DNA from: Raillietiella orientalis
Taxonomy: Eukaryota
Reading direction: 5' to 3'
Length of the DNA stretch: 64,000 nucleotides
NCBI GenBank assembly: GCA_036172245.1
Contig: JAYWIR010000036.1
Location: forward strand, 62,001 to 126,000
Each line of letters opens with the position of its first letter. The first letter of the stretch is position 1. The translations under genes and the position numbers were made by a program. The notes under the pieces were generated by a model. That model ran no database searches. It saw nothing but the letters and a program-made list of their open reading frames with translations, and was not told the origin of the DNA. This document shows positions 49,401-62,949 of this stretch, in pieces.

Positions 49401-52400
49401 GAAGTTAACTGCAAGATACATATGGTGAGGATAAATTGAGGGACTCTGAACACAATCATAAAACAGGTGTAATAGCTGATGAAAAGATCTTAAAATCTTT
49501 TCATCGGGGATGAAATTTGATATTTTAATTGTGAATAGGTTTTTTGAAAGATCTAACTGGCAGTGCTAACAGAATGGGTACAAACCTGTGCTGCATTCTG
49601 TGTATTTCTTTCTAAAGTCATCTAGGGTTTTGGTTCAACCACATCAGCTAACAATCTACTAGCATGGATGGTGGATTCTTGGTTGAAAATGCCAGTGATG
49701 GGATGATTTTTCACTGCATCAAAGAGGATATCAGTGCAAGATATTAAAAGATGTGATGATCAGGCAAACTGCATTATTGCTGGGACTGCAAGTTCAAATA
49801 GCAGTCACAAGAAGTAGCTACAAGTGATTTGCCAAAAATTTTTTGTATTTGTTTAAAATACAAAAAATACTCGTGGTTTATGATGCATATTCACTATTCC
49901 CAACTATGAGACTGTCTTTATTAGTTAGGGAAACAAAAAAAGGTAAGTGGATGGAGTTGTGCTTACAAAACTTTAGAGAAAGGCATGGCTGAGTCAACAA
50001 CTTTGTTGTGATGACTGTTGAAGAAAGATAAGTAGGGAAGGTATAGGGAAGGATTCTAGAAGATTTGGAGGACTAGGAGGCAATCATAATTTATTTAATC
50101 ACGATTTTTTTGCAGTCACAAGGTAAGTGCATAGTAATGAAAGGGTGAGCAATACAATATGAAGAGAACACTTGAATATCATAAAAATAAATACGACTTG
50201 AGATTTTGAGCATCAATTTGGCCCTTTTGCACAATAATGAGTCCTAGGAACAAGCAGAAAGTCTTAGCAGTAAGTTGCTTTTTGCTGATAGAAGGGAGGA
50301 ATATGAGTATGGGCATTGAGATAAACAGAGAAGTTGTCCTTGAAATGAAATTACATTTCATGAGACAAAAACACATGAGATATAAGTACCCAGAAAAGTG
50401 AATTACTTTTTTAGCAAACTCTGGAGCAGAACCTCAATCTCCTAAGTATAGATACAGATCAACCATCACTACCATGATTCAAAGACAGTTTAGTAAAAAG
50501 GAAAGCTCAGTGAACAGTACCTGGACTGATAGAGGGCAGAGATTCTGTAGAGAACACAATGGAAACTGACTACTTTGAAATAGGCATTGCAGAAGATAGT
50601 TGATAAGTGCCAATAATGCCAGGGAATTTCTGAATAGTGAATACTGAGAATGTATAGTTTATTGTAGGGATGTCTCTATGTATGAATTTGCATAGCATGG
50701 CCAAATTTTCTAAAGCTTTCTACTTTAGTGGGATCTGAGGGATGATGATGATGAAAGCAGAATTTTTCAAGCATAAATAGTAAAGTGGGAAATGACTAGG
50801 AATAGTCTTAATGCTATTATAGCATAGGTTACAGAATCAGTGTCAGGAACTATTCTAACCGAATGGTACTAAATGTACTAAATGTACTGAATGACTTACT
50901 TATTTTAGGTTATGATAGCACCCTGGTAGTGGATTAATTTACTATACATATGTTGCTCCATGAAGTGCTTTTCATTTCATTTTCGTTTCTTAAGATTCTT
51001 CTTAAGCAACTTATATCTGACTTTGCTGTTTATTTTTTGTTTGTTTGTTTGTTTTTTGGCATTTTTGGTATTGAAATTTTTCACTTTTAGTATTTCAATA
51101 TGGAAAAAGACATCTTTTTTGATTTCAAGGTATCCTTCATTTTGGTTCCTGGGAATTTTGCTTCCTTATCTACAGAGGCAGAGAATGTTAGGAGTTCAAA
51201 AAATTATCATTCTGAAACTGCTTTGTGTTTCATTTCTTCATTCTTGTAATTTTGATTTTACTTGGGTCATTCATGGCATCCTGTTTCAAATGTTTCATCA
51301 ACATGTCTTAGAAGTCTCCAAATAAATGTTTATTTGCTTAGTCAGGATCATTAACAAGTTGGAAATACAAGAAATGTGATTCTGCCCAAGCAGTGATAAA
51401 GCAGTGATATTCTCAGCCACCCTCATCTGTAACAACAAGTCCCTGTAAGCTAAAAGTATATAATTGTGTTTGGATTAGGTCAACAAACAGACCTGAAACA
51501 TATAAATTCCAGAAATTAAAAATCTTATTTTTAAAAATTTATCTGCATTTCCTTATTGTCTAGTTCTGCTGTTTCATCAGCCCTGCGGTCATAGTTCTAC
51601 TGCTCTTGTTCTACTCATTTATCGTATCCTTCTAGTACCCTAATCTAAATTAACTAATCTCCTAATCATCGTACACGTCCGAAGAATTCTCATCTCATAC
51701 ACCTAACGAAGTATCTGTTACTAACGTAAAATTCCCTGTGCCTCTGCCTGCCTTTACCGTGCTACCCATTAATTTACCATCCTCCTACACTTATTATTCC
51801 TCACGTTTTCAAACACAATACAGGTGAATCTGGTTTCTCTTCCAATAACACCAACCGTTATCCTATGCAGAATTTTGCAACCCAAATAAACGCTTCGACG
51901 CTCCGAAAGTAAAGAACTATACGCGCGCAAATGTATACTAGTCCACTTGTACTCTCCAGCATCTGTTTCTAAATTCGTGGTCGATGGCAGGAACCACCCG
52001 AATTACTCTGCAAAGATCAGGAATCTGCATCCCTGCATCCGTTGCGCACTTCTCATAAATAAAAGCTTCTCCTTGCCCATGGTCATGTTCCTAGGTAACG
52101 GCAGCAGCAGTTAATTTATGTCAGCAGCCTTCCGAGTTTTTCCTCCTCGTCATCTCTGCATACCCTTCTTTTCCTCCCTTTTTGCAAAAACATTTCGGCT
52201 GGTAATGAGTGCGTGATTGGCCATTCTGTGCACTCTGTCGTTAAGAGCCCGCCGCCGCACATCCTTGGTAGCTGACATTGTGGGTTGCAACAGCCCAGAG
52301 TGCAATTGGCGACTCTTAGACCTTCCCATCTGTTGTTCTTCTGCCAACGAGTCTGCAGCTCTGCTGGGCAAGAGAACAAATGAATCCAAGACGTGACCCT

Positions 52401-54169
52401 GAGGTCCGAGGTTTTCCTAGCTGATTGTTCTCCGCCCTCTTCTCGCTCCCAAAACAAATACAGATGAATCTGTGCGTGGTCCAAGTCATTCTTACACTAA
52501 ACCTCAAGCGTGCATTTGTTCTGTGACCGATTTGCTTCACGGCCAATGACTTCAATTGGTCGTGGGTGAGAATTCAGCCGCCAATTCCTTTCTTTAATAG
52601 GGAGGTTTCGTGCGGCACGTTTCCCTTGGTACGATCTCGCGAGCGAGATCGAGAAAATTTGTGTTACTCCTCCCTGAAATTTTTGCCCTTCCGTAGCCAT
52701 TGCTGGTCCGGCGGAAGGACCTCGGGAGAAGGGAGAGAAAGAATATGTTTCACTGTCTCTCTTCAGAACTTCCTTGCTTTCATGATGGGTGATGATGTCT
52801 CTTGTAGACGTGTGCCATAGGACACTGGTATTCTGCTAGTTCTCGGGAGCGGAGTCGGCTCTCGGAGCAGAAGGAAGAAAACGAAGAAGCGATCCCCCCT
52901 CCCCATAGCGCAATCTCACACCGTAACTATGACAGCTCCTGCAAGAAAAGAAGTACCTGTTTTGTTTTTGTTTTCTTGCTGTCGTCTTTCCGAGTCTTCG
53001 CCATTTCCCGCCCACATTCATTCAAAGCTAGTCTCCCTCTCGCACTCTCTTCAACCTAAGTTCTCCTCTTCCTAGGCGAAGTGACAAATTTCATGAAAAA
53101 GTTTCCATGAGTACGGAGAATTGTCCTCTCGCACACTCAGAGACTTTCTCGTGTACTCTGTGAACCCCCCTCCCCCTCCTCCCTCAGAGAGAGCAGCTTG
53201 AGTACTTCCCTCGACCCACACGTGCGTGGGGAGAAAGGGATGTAGAAGCGAAAACATTCTAGGATATTTGAGTCTCTGCCCTCGGGAGGAAGTGAGGGAG
53301 GCCTTCTTGGCTCATCATCAGCCAAAGACCCTTGTTTTTCGTACTAAAACCTTCGCAGTTTCCCCGACCGCGCATGTGGCTTTTCCTGTGAGTGCAGGTG
53401 GTGTCTGGTCGAATCATGGTTACCACATTTCTTTACCTCCTTTGAGATAAAGAAATGTGGTAGAAATGAGTGAAATGAGTGAAATTGGAGATCGTCGTTT
53501 GTTTCACGTCGATATGAGGACCTGAAAGCAGGTTCGATCTTCCTATTCTGCACCCCTTTGCTTCGGATCCTATTTTTTTTCCTCCTCCAAGGTGCACGCT
53601 CTGCTGTTACCCCTTCACGTGACCGTCTGTCACCACGGATTCCTGTCTTCGCGTTCCCCTCGCGGTGAATGCACATCCGGCATCGGTGGCCTCGCCATAG
53701 GGAACTCGCTTTCTTCCAAGCGCGCACGATACCCTCAACCTTTTCCTTTCGGCCCTCCAAGTCGAAAAACATGCATTCCTTACATCCTCTCCCAGTCTCC
53801 CTCCCCCTTCTCTTTTGAGAGTTTCTCCCATTGGGAATCTCTTGTGTCTCTAAAATGGAGAGGCAATCTCTGTCACGCGGGATTCCTTGAGCAGATACTA
53901 GAGAAGAAAGCCAAGTAGGGATGCAGGAACTTGGAGATGAAATGAGCGAGAAGATTATCTGGAGAGTGGCCTTTTGGGTGGTAGCGGCCTCCGAGGAAGA
54001 CGGTAGTTCGAAACTTTCATCCGACGGTCTTTCAGTATTTGTGTTTTTTGTGAAACGTGTGGTCCTTTAATGATGTAGGTGAAGGTGCTATCTTATTTCC
54101 TTCACCTTAACTGTCATTTTCTCTCTATCTCTTCGCTCCTGGACACGGATCTCCTGAGCGATTGCGGCA

Positions 54170-55626
54170 CTCCTTTGTCTCAGACAAACCTGGTCCCATT
54201 CTCGCTCTCCATCCTCCTCCTCATCGGACCACGTTGTGTTCTCCCTTTCCTTCCCTCTTTTCCTCATGCTACATATGATCCAGATCCTGAAATGTACCGT
54301 ATTCGTCACCAGTCTTGCCCATTTCTGGAGCGGAATAGTCCTGTCTTCTTTCAGAATTGATCTTTTGCCCCCCCCAGGTGGGCGCGCGATCTTTTCCGGC
54401 AATTTCTCTCTTTTTGCGGTTTCAACTCCGGCCCTATGGTCTCCTAAGAATCTCTGTGGTAACGTGACCACTCAGGGGAGCTTTGAAGCTCATCTTTGCG
54501 TTTCAAAAGGAGAAACCGACGTCTCATTCCAGGAGGAGGATGCTTCTTTTGTTTTTTTGTTTTTTTCCTGAGATATGGGCTGCAGTAATCTACCATCTCA
54601 TGAAGAGTGGATGGAAAGATGCTGGAAGGTTCAGAGAGACCTGAAGACACCCTTGGGAGCTCAGGGATCGGGAGCTGAAATTATGACAGGAGAGCGTTCT
54701 TCCTCACTGAAGGAGTCCCACGTTCCCAACGCCCAGGTATTTCCTAGAGAGCTAACGATACATCCATGTTTGGTTGCGCGACATATAAGATCAGCAGGAG
54801 TTTCGAGAAATCGACTTCCTGCAAAAAAAACAAAGGCATGTTGTCCATTTCCCATGTCAGCCAAGAAGAGGGAAGATGATGGTCGACGTCCATTAGCCGA
54901 AAGAGCTATTCAGGAAGGAACTAAGGAGAGCTACAGATTCTAACTAGCATGCCAGATCTGGACTGTCCTCATCTGCATGCCTGATGGTCTCATCTTCGGC
55001 ACCAATAAGACGATATTTCGCTGCGCATTTTGGGCGCCACCGGGAAAAAATGAGGTTGTGGCAAGCCTGCAAAAAAAATAATAAAAAAATTCAAACGTGA
55101 TTTCATTCACATAAGACGACAAAGAGAAAAACCCAGCACGCTGAATGGTACATTAAGGGTGGAAGGAGAGAACGTTCTGGCCATTACGGAACGGCAACAA
55201 TCTTGCATTCATGGGAAGCTTGGCCTTGTAGTTGATGGAGGCGCTACTTTGGCACAGCTGGAGCAACCGTTAAGCTGATACATGAAACACGCCTTATTCG
55301 GCAGCAAAAAATGAAAGGAGAAAGAAACAAGAAGGCAACACTGGCCCTGTCACTTTTTGTCTGGTCGCTTGAAGCGGATAACAACTCTAGTTCGAAAGCG
55401 AACTGGAAGGTGGTGACAGATATCCTCGGATGGTGTGAGCCCATGCGGGCTTCTAGCGCTTTCGTTCTCTTCACATTTCCGGACAAACCCGATAGTCACA
55501 TATTTGCGTAGTCCGACATTATGCTCCTCATTAGGTGACTTCGCTCCCATTCTGCAAGTGGTTACATCTCCAATTGGAGCCAGCATTCCAATAGTTCTCC
55601 CTTCTTTTAAGGGAGCTTTCCAATAA
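54170..55626 (+). pseudogene. Heavily decayed class A (rhodopsin-like) GPCR remnant
   Basis: Ordered TM-like motifs in shifting frames: FSLSILLLIG (TM1), TVFVTSLA (TM2), NFSLFAVS..P...VT (TM3, no DRY), IWAAVIYHLMKSGW (TM4), IWTVLICMPDGLIFGTNKTIFRCA (TM5), ERNKKATLALSLFV (TM6), NPIVTYLRS (TM7). Confidence 0.4.
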
Positions 55627-58096
55627 GAAAAAGTCGGGTCCGTTAGAAAGAAAAGCGGAAGAGAGTTATCTCTCATTATCGGATCTGAGGCTCTGAAAGG
55701 CGTCAGTCTTCGACGTTCCTTTTGTTTACTCTGTTGCGCTGCAAGGCCGTTTGAAGTGAGTCAGCACCAGAACCATAATCGAAGTTCCCCAGAACTCCTG
55801 ATTGCTTGCACCGGGACCTGGAATGCCATTTTTTCTAAAGCAGTGGACCTACCCCTTTTTTCCGAAGTTGATTGCACTAGAGATTCACACAGAGCAGGTG
55901 GAACAGCTGCTTCACCTGGATTCCTAGAGTGGACTACGAAAGGAAACTTTCGAAGGGGAACTCGTCCCGAATACTAGTCGATTATGTTTAGTAAATGGAA
56001 GTGAAAATGTGCAAGCACAGTCTCACAAAATCGTACCACAAGGCAAAATAATTCACAAGTTTCAAATGAAACATCTAAGAAGCCAAAAATCTCAAGGTGT
56101 ATTCGAACTCTGAAAGCAATCGTTTGAAAGCTGCATCTCTGGTCGTTTTGATGCTTTTATCACTTGACGCTTTTGCCGAGTGATATATACATCCTGCACG
56201 AAAACAGCAATTTGTATTTTCATGCTCGAAACTACTATCTGAAGATGATCACCTATCCCACCGCGAACTCTGTCCCTAGGAAAACAGCTAGCGTTAATTT
56301 TTTGAAATAATCGTCGAGATCAAATGGCAATATTAAAAGAACGTTTTCTAAACATTAGTTCAAAAAGTACTTAACTCCTCTATTCTTATATTTTTTTAAA
56401 AAATAAAAGTAGTTAATAATCAGCAGTTACTAACTTTTGTTTCATTCCTCAAGTCACAACGAGGAAAACAGTACTTGTCATTTCTCTTTCACAGGGTTAC
56501 ACAGATACCTGGGTTGATCAAGACCGAACAAGCTCACAGACATCCGAAAACATTTACATTGCAGGAGCCATGATTGATGTGAAAACTACTAGATGACTTG
56601 TTCTGGTTCTTATAAAACCTAATACAGAAACAAAACAGATTGTTTCATTTCGTAGTGATGAAGCTCGGGGGAGGGAAGGGCAGCATTATGGAAACAATTT
56701 AAATAGAGTGTTTCATTAACTCATTAAATACTGTTTTAAAAGCATTGTAGGAATAAATGTGATTACTTTTTTCTGTTTCACAACACCTTTTCAAACACTG
56801 CGTTCAATTATTGGAGTCTGAATTTTCCAGACTGTAAAAATTGATAGCACGATTCCTAACATTGAGCAGTGAAAGATAAAGCTAACATGGGATTAGTCAC
56901 TGAGATCATAAAGAGCTCGAAGAACCAAAATCTAAGAATCTATCGAAATACCTATATGATGTATATGTTTCTTGGAATATTACAATGTCCAGTTGTTTTA
57001 ATTGCTGTTTTAAACAAGTATGAATAAATATTTCCCGAGTCAGTTGCTAAGAATTTCGAAATTTGAGATCTAAAGTATGCAGTTTAAACAACTTTTTTTT
57101 AAAACAGCTTATTTCATAATTTTAAATTATGAAACAAGTTGGACGTGTAGGGAGATGTTAAAAAATCAAAGTATTCATGAACATCAATAAATGTTATCTG
57201 ATCCGACTTCTTAATCTCATGCAGTTTCACTCCAGTTCATCCACAGGGTTTTATCTAATAGCAAATATTTGATTCTGTACAGTAATTGGCAATGCATTTC
57301 CATCTATCGTGGACGTATCGTTAATTTTCAGATTAACGGGTTAGAGCACAATGGCACATATAAGTCCAATATTATGAATTCAGTTGCTTAAGAAGTTTTG
57401 TATTCCCAACAGTTGTTTCTGGAATTTCTGTACAGAATAACTGTAGGCATTCTAAGTCAATCATATAGCCATCGCATGTTGTGTGATGTGTTCTGTGTTT
57501 CTGATGTGTTGCTAGTGGTGTTTAGTTAAGTGTTTGTTTTTAACGTAGTCGTTGGGTCTCCGTTTAGCATCGGCATTAAATAAAGGATAATTACAGTTAG
57601 ATCATAGTTGTGGATTAGACGAGAATATAGGTATAGTATTAGGCGAGCCTACTAATATGTGAAAATGAGTTCTTAAGTTAATACGTACATTGTATCACAT
57701 TTGAAATACTTGGATACCCATTGCGTAGGTTAAAGATTGAAACTGCTGCTAATTTTTCCAAGAGTTCGTTTTCATAATTTCAAAAGGGTCGAAGCTTTTG
57801 TTTGTTTTGCGAAACCTATCATCAACCATTGAAAAATCGCTGAATCACACTAATTCTTTATTTAAGGACAAAGAGCAAAGAACTGCTGTAGTGTGCTATA
57901 ATATGATTCTGTATTTTTACCTGTGAATTCCTAAAAGCTTCAGTTGACAGTTAAATTCAGGTAATTATTTTGGTTTTTAAGATCACATAGGATGTTGAGT
58001 TTTTCAGTTGTCTCGAGAACACTGTGTGTGTGTGTGTATGTTTTTTTTTTTTTAGATTGCAGACGAGGTTCAAAGAGTGCTCTCCAGGATAACACA

Positions 58097-60019
58097 ATGC
58101 AAGTAAAGGAACAAGTGTTGATTGTTGATCCTCCTCAAGAACTTTGTTTCAAAGGTGTGGATAAAATCATGTTCATGAATTTCACAGTGATGTTCATTGT
58201 GCTTACTTGGAAATGATAAATATGAAGTGTAATTATTGTAACAAACCCTATAAGTGCCTGGATTTTTCTCATTTTCTTGTCTAATTACATAGGCACAAAA
58301 CTCATTTCAAAACAAGGATCCAAACTGGTTATTCAAGTAGCTTATCCTTTATAGAAATGTACATTCTCATTTTGTTGCATCTTTATTTATATAAGTATGG
58401 CTTTTCTCAGCTTTTGCAAATACAATATAAGAATGCTTGCAAGCCCAATGTCAAAGCAGCTTAGAGTTTGTCAGATGTATGAAATTCTGTTTTGTATTCT
58501 ATTGAAATGGGTACCTAATGTGTTTTGGTAGTGTATTAATGATGTTCTCTATGTAGGTCCATTTACTGACATGGTGACATCCTATTTAAAACTTACCAAT
58601 CCTATTGACAAAGATGTTTGTTTTAAAATTAAGACAACAGCTCCTCGTCGTTATTGTGTTAAACCAAATTCTGGGCTTATTCGCCCCAAAGAGACAGCCA
58701 CAGTAGCAGGTGAGAATTTTTTATGGATGTTCACATGGGAAGTAATTACCAAATGCATGTGTGTAATTCTTCTGAAGACTTGTTTTTTGTATAAAGGACA
58801 GAACACACCAAAGAAGCTTTCTTGAATATTTCTTGTGCAGAATTAGTGGCTAAGAAAACATTGGAATTTGTGCAGTTAGAACCTTATAAGAATAATAATT
58901 TATATATTGGTTGGCAGTTGAGTTTTCTGTGAAGAAGAGTACAAGTGGAAAAATCTTTTAAAATCTTTTGTTGACATACATCAGTTCCTATTTGATATCA
59001 GTGCATACGGGAATGATTATTGCTAGATTTGTGAATTAACTTTCACAAATCCGAAGAAATATTTTAAGAAATATAGGATCAAAAGTATTTTCTAATGTAG
59101 GATTGTAATTTGACTGAGCTTAGTAGTTTCAGGGGTGTTCTTGCATAGTTTTTCATCATTTCATTCAATGTGGATTACGTTATCTTATTTGGAATGTTTG
59201 TACAGTGTTACTGCATGGTATTTCTGTTTACCAATCCGAACTAAAATCCAAACGAGCAGGTGTGATCTTAGAAAATAAAGGGAATTTGCTTCAGTAGTGC
59301 TGGTGCTAACAATAATAATGAGGAGCTCGGTACAGAAGATTCGGTTTATAATTTTGATGTTTTCTAGTGGTATTGCAACCAGCTGAATTTGATCCTACTG
59401 ATAAAAGCAAGCATAAATTTATGGTGCAGTCGGTTTTGGCACCTGAGGGCTCTGAAGCTTTTGAAAACATAGTAAGTGACTTAATAGAATTCCCCTCATC
59501 ACATTCGAGCACTTTGTAGTGGAAGAATGTTAATCCAGAAGCCCTCATGGACACCAAATTGAAATGTGTATTCGTCATGCCCACAGATAACCCTTTTAGC
59601 AGTCCCCAGAACTCTGGAGAAACTAAAGTGAGTGATGAAGAGAAAACTGATTACAAGAATATGTGCAAGGTGAGTGTATGCTAGATTTAGGATTGTGTTA
59701 ACGAATTGAGCAGACAAATAACAATGAGGAATTGCTGGAAACTCAGGAGCAGATGCAGTCCCTAACGAACGAGCTTGCTCACTTGCGAGAACAGAATTCC
59801 AGACTAAAGGTAAATTGGAAATGCAGTCAAAATACAAATGCTGTCTAGGAGGAGCTATTTCATCAGTTGCGATCAACAGATGTTCACAGGGTTCCATCAT
59901 CCTCAACTGGCATCATCAACAAAGAGGGAGTTTCAAGTGGAAGAATCCCTCTAGTTTACTGGGTGGCCACATTTATCTTCTTAGTTCTTGGCATCCTCCT
60001 GGGCAAATTTCTCCTTTGA
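58097..60019 (+). CDS. VAP: Vesicle-associated membrane protein-associated protein (VAP-A/B, Vap33 family): MSP domain, coiled coil, C-terminal TM
   Basis: Exons 58097-58154, 58557-58709 ([18 protein letters not shown] signature), 59368-59471 (KHKFMVQS), 59520-59669, 59714-59809, 59849-60019 ([22 protein letters not shown]); phases compatible. Confidence 0.96.
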
Positions 60020-60110
60020 GATTGTGCAGCAGGGTAGGAAAGCTGAACAGTCAGTCAATGTTTAAGATTATTAAACCATCATTTTAACAGTGGTACTCTT
60101 TGAATAGTAT

Positions 60111-60141
60111 TTCTCTCTCTCTCTCTTTCTCTCTCTCTCTC
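60111..60141. repeat. (CT)n microsatellite in the VAP 3' region
   Basis: ttctctctctctctctttctctctctctctc. Confidence 0.9.
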
Positions 60142-62949
60142 ACCACAAGCTCTGCATCTTTTTGCCTATTTCTGTTATACGACGTTGATTGTTTTGCTTC
60201 TCCTTTGCGTTCCTTCCATGTTTTATTTCAGGTAGCAAGACATCACATGGTTTGTCTTCCAAATATCTGTTAATTTACGGAAGGATATTTTAATAATTAG
60301 TAGTTTGCTTTTCCTGGTTCCGCAATTGGGAAAACTTGAAACAACAAAAGTTTCAATTCGTAATTATAAAGACACGAAATTCCGCAAACGTTCTGGCTAC
60401 CCTGAATTCTCCATTCACGGCTGTCTGTAGTAGGCTGGAAGCAACGTGTTGCATGAACTTAGCCTCAGGGGAGTCTAGCTTTTGTGGTCAGCATATTGGC
60501 ATACATAAGATGCTTTTTGTGCCGACTTGCCCTCTTTCTCTGCATCAGCGGTGCGGAGTCGACTGAATAGACCTATGTTTTGCCCCGCATATTTTGCTGC
60601 ATTTTCTGCTCGGTTGCCGCCTGGAATGCGGAAAGGAGCAATTACTGTGACCGATTAATGATTTTTCGGTAGTGATCTTTCGAAGCAAACGGGCACTCGT
60701 CGCGAATAAAGAGTTTTTCTTGTGAGCAGCAAACTTGTCGGGATCGGAAGGGCGTTTTGCCCCGTCAAGGGTCAAACATTCTAACAGAGCACACAAAAAG
60801 CTGCTCCATTGGATTCTTGCAGGGTTGGTTTGATTTGGGAAAGTGCAGAATCCGTTCTTCCATTTAGTATTTGTTCCGTGTTTTATTTTGATGACGGTTT
60901 TCGCGATCTCGGAAACCCTTTCCACCCAGCGCAGTGTCGTAAAATTCACTGCACATGTGCAGGGCCACTGTTCGGTCTTATAGAGCGAACCCAAGAGATT
61001 TTGTAGAAGAATGGGGAAAAAGAGAGAGAGAGAGACCGTCGTGCCAATAGTACCGTATATTCGTCGATTCGTCTGAGTGAACTGCAGCTTGAAATTAGCA
61101 TGCAGCGAGCTCGAAGTAAGGAGTGGCTGCTGCTGCTTCTTCGGTCAACGCATGGGAAGGGCGGACCTCCGCGGCTTTTCGTCTGAAGCACTCGGCGTGT
61201 ATCGATCAGATGAACTCAAAACTGGAATTTTCGTGTCGTCGTGTTCACGATAAAAGCTTCCGTGTTCTCGTGTTTCATGTTTAGCGTGTTCCTCGGTTTA
61301 CTGTAATAGGTGACTAACTGCAAAACGAACGGATCCGTATTGAATAGCGTAATCGCCGCGTTGGGAGAGTTTCATGGGTCCTGCACGAGTCTTCGTTCAC
61401 TTGGGCTGGGAAAAGGAAAGTCTCCATTTGTGAGAGACCACAATGACAAATGCCAGTCAGTCGGCGAGTGGAGGTCGCTGCAAGCGGTGCCTTTGTTCCC
61501 CGTTCGACGAACGGCATTCTCTCCGGGGAAAAGTCTGACCGAAAAAGACCCCCAGGGTTGTAATCCGAGTCGGGTCTGCCGTCTCAGCCGGGTATTTCGA
61601 AAAATCGAATCGCGCAAATGTTCGCAATCTACGGGAGCTCGGCCGGATGGAATGTGGTGCGGTGGTCGTTGGTTTCGCTCCCGGACTGTGTTTCACGCAC
61701 ATCTTTGGCAGATGACAGCCTCCGAAAGACGTGTGTATGGCTGCGAACGTTCGATCCATCCCGCCTGCCTAGCGCCAGATTGCGTCCGCAATTTCCAGAG
61801 GAACTCGATTATCTCTTCATGCTTCGAACGCTGGAAAACGTTTTCTCCGAAATGCTTCGTGGGAAAAGAGTGAAGCTGCAGAATGAGCTCTTTCATGCCT
61901 CTTTAAAAGTCGTAACACGATTTGAAGACGCGAACGAAATGATGGAAACCCAATACCCAAACCAAAAACTGAACAGTGGTCTAGCGCGAACCCTTATCAT
62001 TATGTAGATTTGCAATTTGTGAGCTCAATTCTGTGGTAAGAGGCAAAAAGCTCTCTTGTGCCATTTTTCGCTTCCTTTTTTTTCCCCCCAGGTAACTCAC
62101 GCCCAGAAGTCGCGTTTAGATAGGTACATGTACGGAAATGTCATGTGAAACTGTGCAAATAATAATAAATCGAAGGAATCGTAGTCAGTGTGCCTTCATC
62201 GGGCTCGTTCCCATAGTAGAATGAATAGCTAGCCGATGGCTACTAACTGGATTTTTTCCTTTGCGGAGAAGAAAAGGCGGTCTCCACGCGCTAGTGTTTT
62301 TCAGAAAAGGACGATAAGAAGAAAAGGGAGCGCTCAAATTTTCGTCTCTCTGTCTTCGTGGGAGCTGACTGTTCGAAAGTCGAGTTGTGTCCATCGACCT
62401 TCAGGGGTCATTCTACAGGCTTTCTTCCAGTGACCGTGAGGCTGCGTAGGCAATTCGTCATTAGACAGATGGGTGTTGGTTCACCGGCTCTAAACACTAC
62501 TGGCCTGCCTCATGGTCAGCAGTAGCTACCAAAAACCAATCGAGAGAGAAAATGCTCCCAACTGCTTCTTCCACTCCCAAGTCTCACAAATCAGAGGATT
62601 CGGGAAGTGCAGGAGGATACGCTCTCGTGCCTGGACCTCCTCCCAAATTTACACATTCGCCTCGAACGCGCAAATAGTTTCGTCGCGCTTGCTGAAGACC
62701 AGTGGTCCGTGCGCCTTCGAGACACAAATCCGATCCTCCCGCTGCGAGAGGAGCAAGCGTACGGGACCGAGTTCTTCAGGATCCAGGACGCTTCCATCCA
62801 GCTCTTGCGAATTTCAAAGGATGACCTTCCGTCAACCTTCTTCCTAGCGTCCCGGCGACGATCGTAATTTGAGCACGAGGGAGGCGCCAGCTAATGCACG
62901 CGCGCGCGCTCGCGTTCCGCCGCATCCAGCAGAGCGAAGGACCACGAAC

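Noticed and set aside
49381..49449. C/D snoRNA candidate (ATGATGA...CTGA)
   Set aside because: No terminal stem, no clear antisense element and no plus-strand host gene.
50960..51325. Hydrophobic 121-aa ORF resembling a membrane protein
   Set aside because: Phe/Leu richness follows from T-rich low-complexity DNA.
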